The notes under the pieces were generated by a model. It did no database searches and had not been told where the DNA came from. It worked only from the letters and a program-made list of their open reading frames with translations. This document shows, piece by piece, positions 49,154-59,105 of a DNA stretch of 64,000 bases. A program made the position numbers and the translations under genes. The stretch is from an uncultured Succinivibrionaceae bacterium. GTDB lineage: Bacteria; Pseudomonadota; Gammaproteobacteria; Enterobacterales; Succinivibrionaceae. The DNA is taken from assembly GCA_944389835.1 (NCBI GenBank), contig CALXNU010000003.1, positions 730 to 64,729 of the forward strand, in the 5' to 3' direction. How positions within the stretch are numbered: the stretch's first letter is position 1; each line of letters opens with the position of its first letter.

Positions 49154-50182
49154 ATGAGCACAATTTATTCTCAAGATCCAATTTTAAAAACTATTCACAA
49201 TGCTCAAGGCATGAGCGTCACTGTTATGGATTGGGGTGCTACCATTACCTCAATTAAAGTTCCAGTAACCGGTGAAGAAAAACCACGTGAAGTCTTACTT
49301 GGACTTAAAAACGAAGCTGATTGGTGCACTCAAGAATGCTATTTCAACGCCACTATTGGTCGTTATGCTAACCGTATCGGACACTCTCGCTTTACCTTAA
49401 ATGGTCATGATTACATTATCAATTCAGGTGCAGAGCACGCATTACACGGCGGTTTAGATGGTTTTGATAAGCGTCGTTTTAGCTTTACTCAAGTCTCAGA
49501 TAACTCCTTAACCTTAACCGTTCACTCAGCAGATGGCGATCAAGGCTTCCCAGGTAACTTTGATCTTACTGTCACCTTTACCGTAGAAGATGACAACACC
49601 TTACGCATGGACTATTTAGGTACTTGCGATCAAGATTGCCCAGCTTGCATTACCAATCACGCCTACTTTAACTTAAATGGTAAGAATAGCTCTGTTTTAG
49701 GCCATACTTTATGGATTGATTCAGATAAGATTATGGAACTTGACGAAGGCTCAATTCCAACTGGCACTTTATTAAACTTAGATGATAATGCTGCCTTTGA
49801 CTTCCGTCATGAAAAGAAGATCGGCCAAGACTTCATGAACCACAGCCAAATGAAGCTAACCTTAGGTTATGATCATCCATATCTTATTAAAGGCGATTTA
49901 AGCAAGCCTTTTGCTCGTTTAACCTCTGAAGATGGCAAAGTAAGCTGTGAGTATTTCTCAGACTATCCAGCCTGCCAAATTTACTCAGGAAACTACGTCC
50001 ATGCCTCAAAGCCAATTATCGCCCGCGATGATGATCAAGAGTATCCAAATCAAAGCGCTATTTGCTTAGAGCCTGAGTACTATCCAGATGCACCACATCT
50101 TCCACAGTTTGCTACCTTAAACCCAATTGTGACTGCACAAAATCCTTTAAAGAGAACTATCTGCTATCGCTTTAAGGCTTAA
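49154..50182 (+). CDS. galM: Aldose 1-epimerase (galactose mutarotase)
   Basis: 342 aa from MSTIYSQDP, with a GAGG SD 6 nt upstream (the track start at 49142 is 4 codons earlier). Contains GRYANRI, ..LHGG..GFDK.. and C-terminal ..CLEPEYYPDAP. Confidence 0.93.
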   Translation: MSTIYSQDPILKTIHNAQGMSVTVMDWGATITSIKVPVTGEEKPREVLLGLKNEADWCTQECYFNATIGRYANRIGHSRFTLNGHDYIINSGAEHALHGGLDGFDKRRFSFTQVSDNSLTLTVHSADGDQGFPGNFDLTVTFTVEDDNTLRMDYLGTCDQDCPACITNHAYFNLNGKNSSVLGHTLWIDSDKIMELDEGSIPTGTLLNLDDNAAFDFRHEKKIGQDFMNHSQMKLTLGYDHPYLIKGDLSKPFARLTSEDGKVSCEYFSDYPACQIYSGNYVHASKPIIARDDDQEYPNQSAICLEPEYYPDAPHLPQFATLNPIVTAQNPLKRTICYRFKA

Positions 50183-50233
50183 CTCAATTAAGCCTACCCC
50201 AAGGCTTTGATCTTGGGGATTTAAAGCATTCTT

Positions 50234-50270
50234 GCACTTACCATCTTTTGTTGGTAAGTGCTTATTTTTC
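50234..50270 (+). terminator. Intrinsic terminator of galM
   Basis: A 10-bp stem GCACTTACCA/TGGTAAGTGC is followed by TTATTTTTC. It overlaps the stop of the convergent gene. Confidence 0.8.
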
Positions 50271-51968
50271 TATGAGATCAACTAAAGACATCCGAGCAAT
50301 CTTACGCTCACTTTGAGCCCCACAAAACACTAAAGCAAAACGTGCAATTTTTTTCTCACTTTTTATGTTATGACCATAATCTCGACTTTTTACCTGCTCT
50401 TCTGCCTCATAAAGCTTAGCATCTAAAATTTTTGGATCAGAGTCTTCAACATATTTATACTCAAAGACTATAGTGATACCATGTTCTTTAAGGTCGATAA
50501 TAGCATCAGGACGCCCCTTACTCTCAGACTCCTCACAACGTGGTTGCAAACCAGCACCGAGCAAATAAAAATAAATAAGAGCTGCTACCATGCTTTCCCC
50601 TTGTACTGGATAATGCTCATAGGGAATTGATGCAAAAAGTGCATTAAAATGATCTTGAATTTTGTTAGGATCAAGACTTACAAGAATCCGCTCTGTCTCA
50701 ACAGAGTATTTAGTTGTAAATCTTAAATTGTCCCCAAACAACCTCACAGCTACCAAATTAGCAAAAGCGATACTAATTTCCCGATTTGGTGTGTCAAGAT
50801 ATACCTCATCTCCAATAATAAAAGGTTGACTTAAAGTCAAATAGCCAGTTTGAAATAATAGTGCATAGGGATTAGCTTCAGGATTTATTAATGAAGATTG
50901 AATAAATTTAAAATAATCAACACGTATATTACCAGAGGCTACTTCTTCAAGTAGAGATTGAATATTAATTTTCCTAAGACTTACTTTAAGTAACTGTGGT
51001 AAACCAAGACCTTCTTCTGCTGACCAATATGGAAGTAAACGAGAAAGAGGATCTGTAAAGAAGCGTAACACCGACCAAGTAGAAAAAACCTTTGATGAGG
51101 CTACATCATCAAAACAAAATCCGTCATACCATTGGGCCATACTATCTAAAAGAGAATCAATCTGCTCCTCTGTAACCTCATTATCAGAACATCCTGCCTT
51201 AATAGATGCCGCATAACGCAAATTATCTGCAAAATACTGCTTTAACTCCTCTCGCGTATAACCACAACAGGCACCAAAATCAGGATCATTAGTAATATCA
51301 GTAAAACTATTACCTGCCGTGCCAAGTCCCAAATCCTGATAACGCGTAATGCCAGTTGCAAAAACACATCTAAATTTTTGAGAGTAAATTTTTACTGCAC
51401 TAAAAATTCCCTTTAAAATTAACGAGACCTCGCTCTCCTCTTCTTTGTTTCCGATGTGACTTAATAGAGGTGCATCATACTCATCAATAAGCAATGCAAC
51501 AGACTGATCGGAAAGATTTGACACCAAAGCTTTTAGCTTTTTAGAAGGTTTATCAGCATCTACAGGCAAAATCACCCCAAACTGTTGAGCGAAACTTTCA
51601 AGGCAATTATTTAAATTTTGACGAAACTCATCTACAGTAGTGCACTCATCATTAATAGAGAACAAATCTAAGTGAATAATATGGTACTTAGCCTTATCTT
51701 TCCATAATTTCTCAATGGCCAAACCTTTAAAATAGGAATCATGACCATCATAAGGTTTAACGCCATGCTCAAAAAGCTCTTTTAAAGTTGAGAGCAAAGT
51801 ACTCTTACCAAAGCGTCTTGGGCGAGTTAAAATCCGAGGTTGACTATTACGTGCAAGATTATAAATATATTCAGTTTTATCTACGTAAATTTTCTTAGTA
51901 GATCTTAAGCTTACGAAGCTTGCATCTGCAAGTGGTAATAGATCTTTTAAACTTTTAAAATCAAGCAC
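50262..51968 (-). CDS. AAA-ATPase-like plus PD-(D/E)xK family protein, paralog 2
   Basis: 568 aa with a GTG start after the AAGGGGGA SD. It is colinear with 25112-26869 and shares the identical block TRPRRFGKSTLLSTLKELF, plus LLIDEYDAP and GRPDAIIDL...IVFEYKY. Confidence 0.8.
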   Translation of the reverse strand: MLDFKSLKDLLPLADASFVSLRSTKKIYVDKTEYIYNLARNSQPRILTRPRRFGKSTLLSTLKELFEHGVKPYDGHDSYFKGLAIEKLWKDKAKYHIIHLDLFSINDECTTVDEFRQNLNNCLESFAQQFGVILPVDADKPSKKLKALVSNLSDQSVALLIDEYDAPLLSHIGNKEEESEVSLILKGIFSAVKIYSQKFRCVFATGITRYQDLGLGTAGNSFTDITNDPDFGACCGYTREELKQYFADNLRYAASIKAGCSDNEVTEEQIDSLLDSMAQWYDGFCFDDVASSKVFSTWSVLRFFTDPLSRLLPYWSAEEGLGLPQLLKVSLRKINIQSLLEEVASGNIRVDYFKFIQSSLINPEANPYALLFQTGYLTLSQPFIIGDEVYLDTPNREISIAFANLVAVRLFGDNLRFTTKYSVETERILVSLDPNKIQDHFNALFASIPYEHYPVQGESMVAALIYFYLLGAGLQPRCEESESKGRPDAIIDLKEHGITIVFEYKYVEDSDPKILDAKLYEAEEQVKSRDYGHNIKSEKKIARFALVFCGAQSERKIARMSLVDLIEK

Positions 51969-52061
51969 GTTGTCCCCCTTTGCTATCTAGACACAGATTT
52001 TTGGACTCAATTTTTACTTACCAAAGCAAACTCCAAACAAACGCTAGACTAATGATTAAGC

Positions 52062-53090
52062 CTAAGTAGAGCTTTGATCTTTTGATTTGAAATTTCTTTC
52101 AAACTCCTCTCCACAAGAGGCTCTTACCACGAGCTTTGGGAATAACTCAACTTTTGAAGGTTCACGTGTAGGATCATTGATCTCCTGCAAAAGTTGCCTT
52201 GCAGCCGCTTGCCCTAAGACAAATTTTCTTTGATGTACTGTAGTTAAAGGTACACTTATCATTGAGGCAATACCAATATCATCATAGCCTGCAACTTTTA
52301 AATCTTCAGGGACGCGGATCCCATGATCATGACAATAAGCAATAATACCCACAGCCACGGTATCATTAATTGCAAACACAGCGTCTGGCTCTAATTTAAG
52401 TAATTCTGGAGTTACCTGATAACCACCTTCATAGTCAGGCTCAATAAAAAAGGTTTTTAATAAAATCTCAGAAGAGCCTAATTTTTCTAAAGTATCCTTA
52501 CAGGCTCTTAAGCGCTGTTGATTAGTATAAACATCAGGGTAACCCATAACTACCACTAAACTCTTCACTTTAGTGACTGTTACCATATGCTCAATAAGAT
52601 CACAAACCCCTGAGTAATTATCATTCATCACGCAACTTAAATCTTTACTTATGGGATTATCTACACAAACTACTTTAATATTGGAATTTTTAAAAGGTAA
52701 CAAATCTTCTTTTTTAGCAGTTACTGAAATAATGATGACTCCATCTACTTTGTAATTACAAAGCATTTGAAAAAAACGTAATTCATTAGTTGCACTTCTA
52801 TCGGCATTACAAAGTAGCATTCCTATACCATGTTGCTCAACAATAGAAGATACGCCTTTGGCAATAAAAGCATAATAAGGATTAGTAATATCAGGAACTA
52901 ATAAACCTATCATATTAGTTCTTGAGGTAATTAAACCTGCTGCTAATTGATTCTTTTTGTAACCTACTTCTTCTGCGATACTTAAAATTTTTTCACGAAG
53001 CGCATCTGATACGCCTTTTTGACCATTAAGCGCCCGTGATACCGTGGCAGGAGTCACACCACAACTTTGTGCTATATCTTTAATACTTAT
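52062..53090 (-). CDS. LacI-family transcriptional regulator
   Basis: HTH region ISIKDIAQSCGVTPATVSRALNG and a periplasmic-binding-protein-like core. I chose the GTG at 53090 (GGAG SD 5 nt upstream) over the track TTG at 53114. Confidence 0.88.
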   Translation of the reverse strand: MSIKDIAQSCGVTPATVSRALNGQKGVSDALREKILSIAEEVGYKKNQLAAGLITSRTNMIGLLVPDITNPYYAFIAKGVSSIVEQHGIGMLLCNADRSATNELRFFQMLCNYKVDGVIIISVTAKKEDLLPFKNSNIKVVCVDNPISKDLSCVMNDNYSGVCDLIEHMVTVTKVKSLVVVMGYPDVYTNQQRLRACKDTLEKLGSSEILLKTFFIEPDYEGGYQVTPELLKLEPDAVFAINDTVAVGIIAYCHDHGIRVPEDLKVAGYDDIGIASMISVPLTTVHQRKFVLGQAAARQLLQEINDPTREPSKVELFPKLVVRASCGEEFERNFKSKDQSST

Positions 53091-53334
53091 CACATGTGCT
53101 CCAAAATTTTTCAAAAATACCCTACATAAAGAAATTAAAATAACTTTTAACTTCTAAGCCAAAACGAATAAACTTATATCTAAACTCAATTAATGTGCAA
53201 AATATAACATTTTAAACGTAAAAAAAGAAAAAAATAAGTGCGATAAAGCATACAAAACTAAAAGATAATTTAGTTTAAAAGACCACCTAAAACAGGTGGT
53301 CTTAACTAAAAATCACTAAATATCAATTTAGTAA

Positions 53335-54438
53335 TTAGATCTTGTGAGCCTCAAGGTACTCTCTATCTAAGTGAATACCATGACCTGGCTCATTAGTTGG
53401 AATATAGTAGCCGTTCTCAATACGACCTGCAGATTTAACGATGCGTAAATCACTCCAAGTACCGCCATCAGTCATCTCAGAATAAGAGACATTAGGTACA
53501 GTTGAAAGTAACTGAGCTGAAAGCTCAAATACAAAGTGTGGAGTCATTGGAATGTTGTGAGCACGTGCAACTGCGGCAATATCAAGGTAACCTGTAATAC
53601 CACCTACACGGCCAAGATCTGCTTGAATGTAATCGGCAGCACCTTCCTCAATATACATTGCAAATTGATTTACGTTATAAGTATTCTCACCCATAGCAAT
53701 TGGGGTATTGGTACGCTCACGTAAAATTCTATGACCTGTAATGTCATCAGAAGGAAGTGGCTCTTCAATCCACAATAAGTTTAACTTATCAAAAAGCTTG
53801 AAAGCTCTTAAAGCTTGTGGAAGGTTCCAACCTTGATTGGCATCAACTGCTAATGGGAAGCCAGGAACTGCCTCTTGGATCTTAGTTAAGCGCTCAACAT
53901 CCTCAAGAATATCAGGCTTACCAACTTTTACCTTAGCGCAGGCATAACCTTCTTTCTTCCATCTCTTAACTTGCTCAATAACTTCTTCAACACTTAAGTT
54001 TAAGTTAATGCCTGAGCCATAAAGAGGTACTTTATCTCTGCAACGACCTAATAAATCGTATAAGGAGACATTTAAAGATTTTGCCCAAAGATCCCAGTAA
54101 GCAATATCTAAGGCTGATAAAGCATGAGTAGTTACGCCTGCACCACCTACGTCATGAACATACTTATAACTTCTGTGCCATAAGGCTCTTGGTGAAACCT
54201 TAAGGCCAATCACATCAGGAATAATTTCTGAAATTAAAGCAGAAATTGTTTTACCGCACCAACCTGAAGTATGGCTAAAACCAGTTCCAGTTAAACCATT
54301 TGAACCGTGGACATCCACAACTGAAACCTCAATATCGGTTACGTGGTGGATTTGATCTCCCCAAGGGCCCTGTGGAAGTGGCACTCTGCAAGTCATTAAA
54401 TCAATTGACTCAATGGTTGGAACTTGAATAGTAGACAT
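53335..54438 (-). CDS. Enolase-superfamily enzyme (mandelate racemase/muconate lactonizing family; acid-sugar dehydratase-like)
   Basis: 367 aa; contains KVKVGK, ..AVDANQGW.., WIEEP and ..ADYIQAD.. metal-ligand/catalytic motifs. Confidence 0.85.
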   Translation of the reverse strand: MSTIQVPTIESIDLMTCRVPLPQGPWGDQIHHVTDIEVSVVDVHGSNGLTGTGFSHTSGWCGKTISALISEIIPDVIGLKVSPRALWHRSYKYVHDVGGAGVTTHALSALDIAYWDLWAKSLNVSLYDLLGRCRDKVPLYGSGINLNLSVEEVIEQVKRWKKEGYACAKVKVGKPDILEDVERLTKIQEAVPGFPLAVDANQGWNLPQALRAFKLFDKLNLLWIEEPLPSDDITGHRILRERTNTPIAMGENTYNVNQFAMYIEEGAADYIQADLGRVGGITGYLDIAAVARAHNIPMTPHFVFELSAQLLSTVPNVSYSEMTDGGTWSDLRIVKSAGRIENGYYIPTNEPGHGIHLDREYLEAHKI

Positions 54439-54468
54439 TTTTATTTCTCCAATTAAAAGTTAAGTTAA

Positions 54469-55845
54469 TTAATCATTCTTTCCGTCACCAACATGGTGTC
54501 CAAAGACTTCTGGTAAGAGGAAAGTTGCGCATAAGAATGCGATGAACGGGCCAATTGCAACAATGCAAGCGGCAACAGAAACTCCTAACGCCTCAAAGAG
54601 CGGTGGGAATAATAAAGAGGTACTAAAAGCTGCAATCTTCACAATGGTGTAGCCAATACCTGAGGCAATACCACGATAACGAGGTTTAGCAACTAAGGAC
54701 ACTACAGTCATACCAGACTCTGAATCCCAATAGTGGCCCCAAAGCATTAAGCCTGCACCTGAGATGATCATCAGCATGTTTTCAATGTGCACACCATAGG
54801 CTGCAATTAACACACCGATGGTAACCATGATAAAGCCCCATTGGCTAAGACCACGGTGACCTAACTTATTAAGTAAAAGAGGACCAACAAAGGCTGAAGC
54901 TGCTGCAATTAAGTTCACACCTAATAAAGCTAAGTTGTTTTCTACCATACCTGCAATGCCCATGGTAGCTAAAATTAATGGTAAGTAGAAAGCAAAGGCG
55001 TAATTTTCAAAAGCTTGGACTGCGCATGAAACCCAACCAAAGATGGTAGTTTTAGCACTAAATGAGTTACTGAAAATATCAGACAATGCCTCTTTGGTAC
55101 TAGCTTTGGTGATGGTCACATTCTCATCTGGTAACACATCGCGCAAGCAATCATCATAGAACTTCTTGGCAGACTCTTTAGCTTCAATAAAGCGGCCTCT
55201 TTCAACATACCAAGCTGGAGTTTCAGGTAAGTCTTTGCGCAAGAATAAGAGGATAGCTGCAGGAATTGCAGGGAAGGCTAAGACTATTCTCCAAATATGA
55301 TCACTGTGGACACCAAGTACGATGCAAGTAGTTACCAAAATAATGGCAGCGATAATGCCTAGGGCAAACATGAATTGCCAACGATTGGCCATAACCTCAC
55401 GTTTCCCCTTTGGCATGATCTCCATCATATAGGTAAAGCCATTGGCCACGTCAGCACCCACCGGAATACCTGCAATGCATCTTATGATTGCAAGATAATA
55501 CATGTTAGGAGCTAAACCTTGTAAGATGGCGCACACGGCAAACATGATCATCGAACCTAAGAAAATGGTTCTTCTGCCAATCTTATCGGTTAAATAACCA
55601 CCTAAAAGAGCACCAAAAATTGCACCCATTTGGGTACCTGCGGCAGTAAAGCCTAAAAGCCAACTGCTTGGATTGTAAACCTCATGTAAGGCATACATAA
55701 TAAAAGCCATTGAATAGATGTCCCATGACTCGATCAATAGCGCAGTTACCATCATCCAACCGGCAAAAGTTGAACGAGGGGCTTCTTTAGTATCAAGAAC
55801 TTGCTTGGCTTTAAAAATAAGCTTATCAATTTCAACTTGGGTCAT
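54469..55845 (-). CDS. MFS transporter (sugar/acid porter type)
   Basis: 458 aa with about 12 hydrophobic segments and the MFS loop motif GGYLTDKIGRR. Confidence 0.88.
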   Translation of the reverse strand: MTQVEIDKLIFKAKQVLDTKEAPRSTFAGWMMVTALLIESWDIYSMAFIMYALHEVYNPSSWLLGFTAAGTQMGAIFGALLGGYLTDKIGRRTIFLGSMIMFAVCAILQGLAPNMYYLAIIRCIAGIPVGADVANGFTYMMEIMPKGKREVMANRWQFMFALGIIAAIILVTTCIVLGVHSDHIWRIVLAFPAIPAAILLFLRKDLPETPAWYVERGRFIEAKESAKKFYDDCLRDVLPDENVTITKASTKEALSDIFSNSFSAKTTIFGWVSCAVQAFENYAFAFYLPLILATMGIAGMVENNLALLGVNLIAAASAFVGPLLLNKLGHRGLSQWGFIMVTIGVLIAAYGVHIENMLMIISGAGLMLWGHYWDSESGMTVVSLVAKPRYRGIASGIGYTIVKIAAFSTSLLFPPLFEALGVSVAACIVAIGPFIAFLCATFLLPEVFGHHVGDGKND

Positions 55846-55856
55846 TTTCTATTCTC

Positions 55857-56780
55857 CTAAGCTTGAAGCATAGCCTTTACTGTGCTGACAATGGTTTTAG
55901 TATCAATTCCGTAGTAGGCAAAAAGCTCATCTGCATTACCTGAACGACCAAAACTATCGTTAACACCCATAACTTTTACTTTACAAGGAGCTTTTTGAGC
56001 GACAACCTCACAAACTGCACTGCCCAAACCTCCAACTGTTTGATGATCTTCAACAGTTACAATCGTGCCAAGTTTTGAAGCCTCAATAATTGCTTCCTCA
56101 TCAAGAGGCTTTAGCGAGTACATATCAATAACTTTGGCACTAATGCCCAAGCTCTCAAGTTCTTTGGCAGCCTTTAAAACATGCTTAGTGGCACTGCCGC
56201 AAGTAATAAGGGAGACATCTTTGCCATCCTTTAAAACCGCACTTTTACCGATAGCAAATTCAGTATCCTCAGCATAAAGTTCTTCACATTTGTCTCTGCC
56301 AATGCGCACGTAGCAAGGACCGTTAAATGAAGTAGCTAACTTTAAAAGCGCACGAGTTGACACAGGATCTGAAGGTACTAAAACGGTATTGCCAGGGATT
56401 GCTCTCATTAAAGCTAAATCTTCAAGAGCTTGATGGGTTGCACCATCTGCACCACAATCTAAACCTGCATGAGTTGCAACTACTTTGACATTAAGATGCG
56501 GATAACAAATGCTATTTCTAAATTGCTCGCCTGCTCTTAAGGCTGCAAACATGGCAAATGAACTTACAAATGGAATAAAACCACAAGTTGCAAGACCTGC
56601 AGCTACAGCCATCATATTTTGCTCAGCAATGCCACAATCAATAAAACGCTCAGGATAAGCTTTATGGAAAATTTCAGTATAGGTAGCCTTAGCTAAATCT
56701 GCATCTAAAACCACAATCTTAGAGTTGGTTTTACCCATTTCAACTAAGGTTTGTCCGTAAACTTCTCTATTTGCGATCAT
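55857..56780 (-). CDS. Transketolase, C-terminal (pyrimidine-binding) subunit
   Basis: The start MIANREVYGQ overlaps the stop of the N-subunit (TAATG). Contains CGIAEQNMM and ..VATHAGLDCGADGATHQ. Confidence 0.9.
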   Translation of the reverse strand: MIANREVYGQTLVEMGKTNSKIVVLDADLAKATYTEIFHKAYPERFIDCGIAEQNMMAVAAGLATCGFIPFVSSFAMFAALRAGEQFRNSICYPHLNVKVVATHAGLDCGADGATHQALEDLALMRAIPGNTVLVPSDPVSTRALLKLATSFNGPCYVRIGRDKCEELYAEDTEFAIGKSAVLKDGKDVSLITCGSATKHVLKAAKELESLGISAKVIDMYSLKPLDEEAIIEASKLGTIVTVEDHQTVGGLGSAVCEVVAQKAPCKVKVMGVNDSFGRSGNADELFAYYGIDTKTIVSTVKAMLQA

Positions 56781-57595
56781 TACAATGCCCTCAATTCTGC
56801 TAATGCTTTTTGGGTTTCTTCTGCATTTGGAGCCTTTCCATGCCAACCTACCTGATTTTCCATAAAAGAAACTCCCTTACCTTTCACAGTATGTGCGATA
56901 ATAACGGTAGGTTTGTCTTTGACAGACCTAGCAGCGTCAATTGCTTGGGAAATAGCCTCAAGATTGTGACCATCAATTTCGATGGTGTTTAGATGGAATG
57001 ACTGAAATCTTTGAGCAGGATTATCAATGTCCATCACATCACAAGTAGGCCCATCAATTTGTAAGCGATTGAAGTCTAGAATTACAGTGAGGTTTGAGAG
57101 CTTATACTGGTTTGCAAACATCAAAGCTTCCCAAACTTCGCCTTCTTCAAGTTCTCCATCGCCAATAATTGCATAGACCCGGTTTTGACGCTGACTTAAC
57201 TTGGCAGCTAATGCCATACCGCAAGCTGCTGATATGCCCTGACCTAAAGATCCTGTAGTCATATCAACACCTGGGGTGTGCTTCATATCAGGATGACCTT
57301 GTAAAAAGGAATCAATCTTTCTGAAAGAATCAAGCTTTTCAACTGGGAAAAATCCCATCAAAGCTAAAGTGCTATATAAAGCAGCACTTGCGTGACCTTT
57401 ACTTAAAACAAAACGATCTCTATCGTCCAAATTTGGATTTTTAGGATCAAATTTCATTTTATCTACATAAAGAACAGCCAAAATATCAGCTATGGATAAC
57501 GATCCACCAGGATGTCCGCTACCGGCCTTAAACAACATCTCGATTGTGTGCATACGAATTTCGTTTGCCACAAGCTTAACTTTGTTTACGTCCAT
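56780..57595 (-). CDS. Transketolase, N-terminal (thiamine-diphosphate-binding) subunit
   Basis: 271 aa; contains GHPGGSLS, GSLGQG and IIGDGELEEG. Confidence 0.9.
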   Translation of the reverse strand: MDVNKVKLVANEIRMHTIEMLFKAGSGHPGGSLSIADILAVLYVDKMKFDPKNPNLDDRDRFVLSKGHASAALYSTLALMGFFPVEKLDSFRKIDSFLQGHPDMKHTPGVDMTTGSLGQGISAACGMALAAKLSQRQNRVYAIIGDGELEEGEVWEALMFANQYKLSNLTVILDFNRLQIDGPTCDVMDIDNPAQRFQSFHLNTIEIDGHNLEAISQAIDAARSVKDKPTVIIAHTVKGKGVSFMENQVGWHGKAPNAEETQKALAELRAL

Positions 57596-57865
57596 ATACT
57601 AAATCCTCATAAAATTTTTACGTTTCAAATCTCGGCAATTTTCCTATTCCGAAGATGTTTTAATCATAAACAACTAAAACGTTTGATTTTGTGATTAAAC
57701 TCAAAAAAATTTTACAAAAATTTAATGTTAGAAATAACTATATAAAATATAAAGAATTAATTTCTAAAAATTTGCAAAATACAATTTCAATCACTAAGCT
57801 TTAAGTAAAAGCAAACCATCCGTTTAGTAAATTTTTTAGTAAAATATGACGTGGTTAACATTTCG

Positions 57866-57898
57866 ATTTACGTAAATTAACTAAACTCATTACGTAAT
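57866..57898. promoter_or_regulatory. Pair of CG-centred palindromes ATTTACGTAAAT and ATTACGTAAT (candidate LacI-family operators)
   Basis: Two perfect palindromes with centres 22 bp apart, in the divergent region between the transketolase operon and the dehydrogenase gene. Confidence 0.35.
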
Positions 57899-57929
57899 CA
57901 ATTTAGTTATCAGTTTTTAGGAGAACAAA

Positions 57930-58892
57930 ATGAGTCAAATTATGTGGACCGATTGCGATCATGCCCATACTGATGAAGAAGAGGCAGTGTTTCGTGAAAA
58001 TAACCTTTCAGACTATAAAATCACCCAATGTAAAACTGAGGATGATGTTATAGTCAACTGCAAAGACGCAGTAGTGCTACTTAATCAATACACTCCCCTT
58101 CGTGAAAAAGTTTTCTCTTCTTTGCCTAATTTAAAGTGTGTCGTAAGATATGGCGTTGGTGTTGATAATGTAGATCTTGAAGCGGCAAGCCGTCACCATG
58201 TAGCAGTTTGCAATGTCCCAGATTACGGCACTTTAGAGGTTGCAGATCAAGCTTTAACTTTAATGCTAGCTTCTATTAGAAAAGTTGTTGCCACCGATAC
58301 TCAAGTTAAAAATTTAGGCTGGGATTTTTCAGCATTTGCCCCAATTCACCGCATTTCAACTTTAAAGGTTGGCATTATTGGCTTAGGTCGCATAGGTAAG
58401 GCTTTTGCCAAAAGAGTTCATGCTCTAGATTGTGAAGTTTTAGGCTATGATGTAATTAATACCATAGAAAATGATCCTAATTTTGATTTTGTTAAATTTA
58501 CAGATCTAGACACTCTCCTTAAAACCTGCGATGTAATTTCTTTACACTGTGGCTTAAACGAGCAAAATGTACATTTCATGAATGAAGCTGCTTTCTTAAA
58601 AATGAAAGAAGGAGCCATTTTAATTAATGTCTCAAGAGGCGGTCTTATCAACGAACAAGACTTAGCTAATGCTTTAATTTCAGGTCAATTAAGTGCCGCA
58701 GGTATTGATGTAACCTGCAAAGAACCTTTACCTGAAGATAATCCATTAAGAAAAGCACCAAATATTACTTTCTCCCCTCATATTGCCTGGTACTCTGTAG
58801 AATCAGCAAGCGATCTTAAGACTAAAGCCGCTCAAGAAGCCGCCCGTGCTGTTTTAGGACAGAAATTAAGATGCCCTGTAAATAAGTTTTAA
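57930..58892 (+). CDS. D-isomer-specific 2-hydroxyacid dehydrogenase family protein
   Basis: 320 aa with NAD loop GIIGLGRIGKA and ..NVSRGGLI.. and ..SPHIAW.. catalytic-region motifs. Confidence 0.88.
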   Translation: MSQIMWTDCDHAHTDEEEAVFRENNLSDYKITQCKTEDDVIVNCKDAVVLLNQYTPLREKVFSSLPNLKCVVRYGVGVDNVDLEAASRHHVAVCNVPDYGTLEVADQALTLMLASIRKVVATDTQVKNLGWDFSAFAPIHRISTLKVGIIGLGRIGKAFAKRVHALDCEVLGYDVINTIENDPNFDFVKFTDLDTLLKTCDVISLHCGLNEQNVHFMNEAAFLKMKEGAILINVSRGGLINEQDLANALISGQLSAAGIDVTCKEPLPEDNPLRKAPNITFSPHIAWYSVESASDLKTKAAQEAARAVLGQKLRCPVNKF

Positions 58893-58943
58893 GCTCAAAA
58901 CTAATCTTAACCATTAGCTAAATCTCAATTAACCAACACAGCT

Positions 58944-58969
58944 AAAGCCGCCTCTGCGGCTTTTATTTC
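58944..58969 (+). terminator. Intrinsic terminator of the dehydrogenase gene
   Basis: AAAGCCGC-CTCT-GCGGCTTT is followed by TATTTC. Confidence 0.75.
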
Positions 58970-59105
58970 AACCTTTCATCACATATTTTTCAAAGGCACA
59001 TAATGCTAAAAGCACTCAAGTAGAAGATCTAATCAAAACAATCTAACGCGTGTTATACTAAATCTTTAAAAATTAAGTCTTTAGTTTAAAAGTTAAATTT
59101 TTTGT

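Noticed and set aside
49051-49257. A 68-aa ORF upstream of and overlapping galM.
   Set aside because: It begins inside the operator/promoter region and overlaps the galM start in another frame. It has no SD, and galM itself is well supported.
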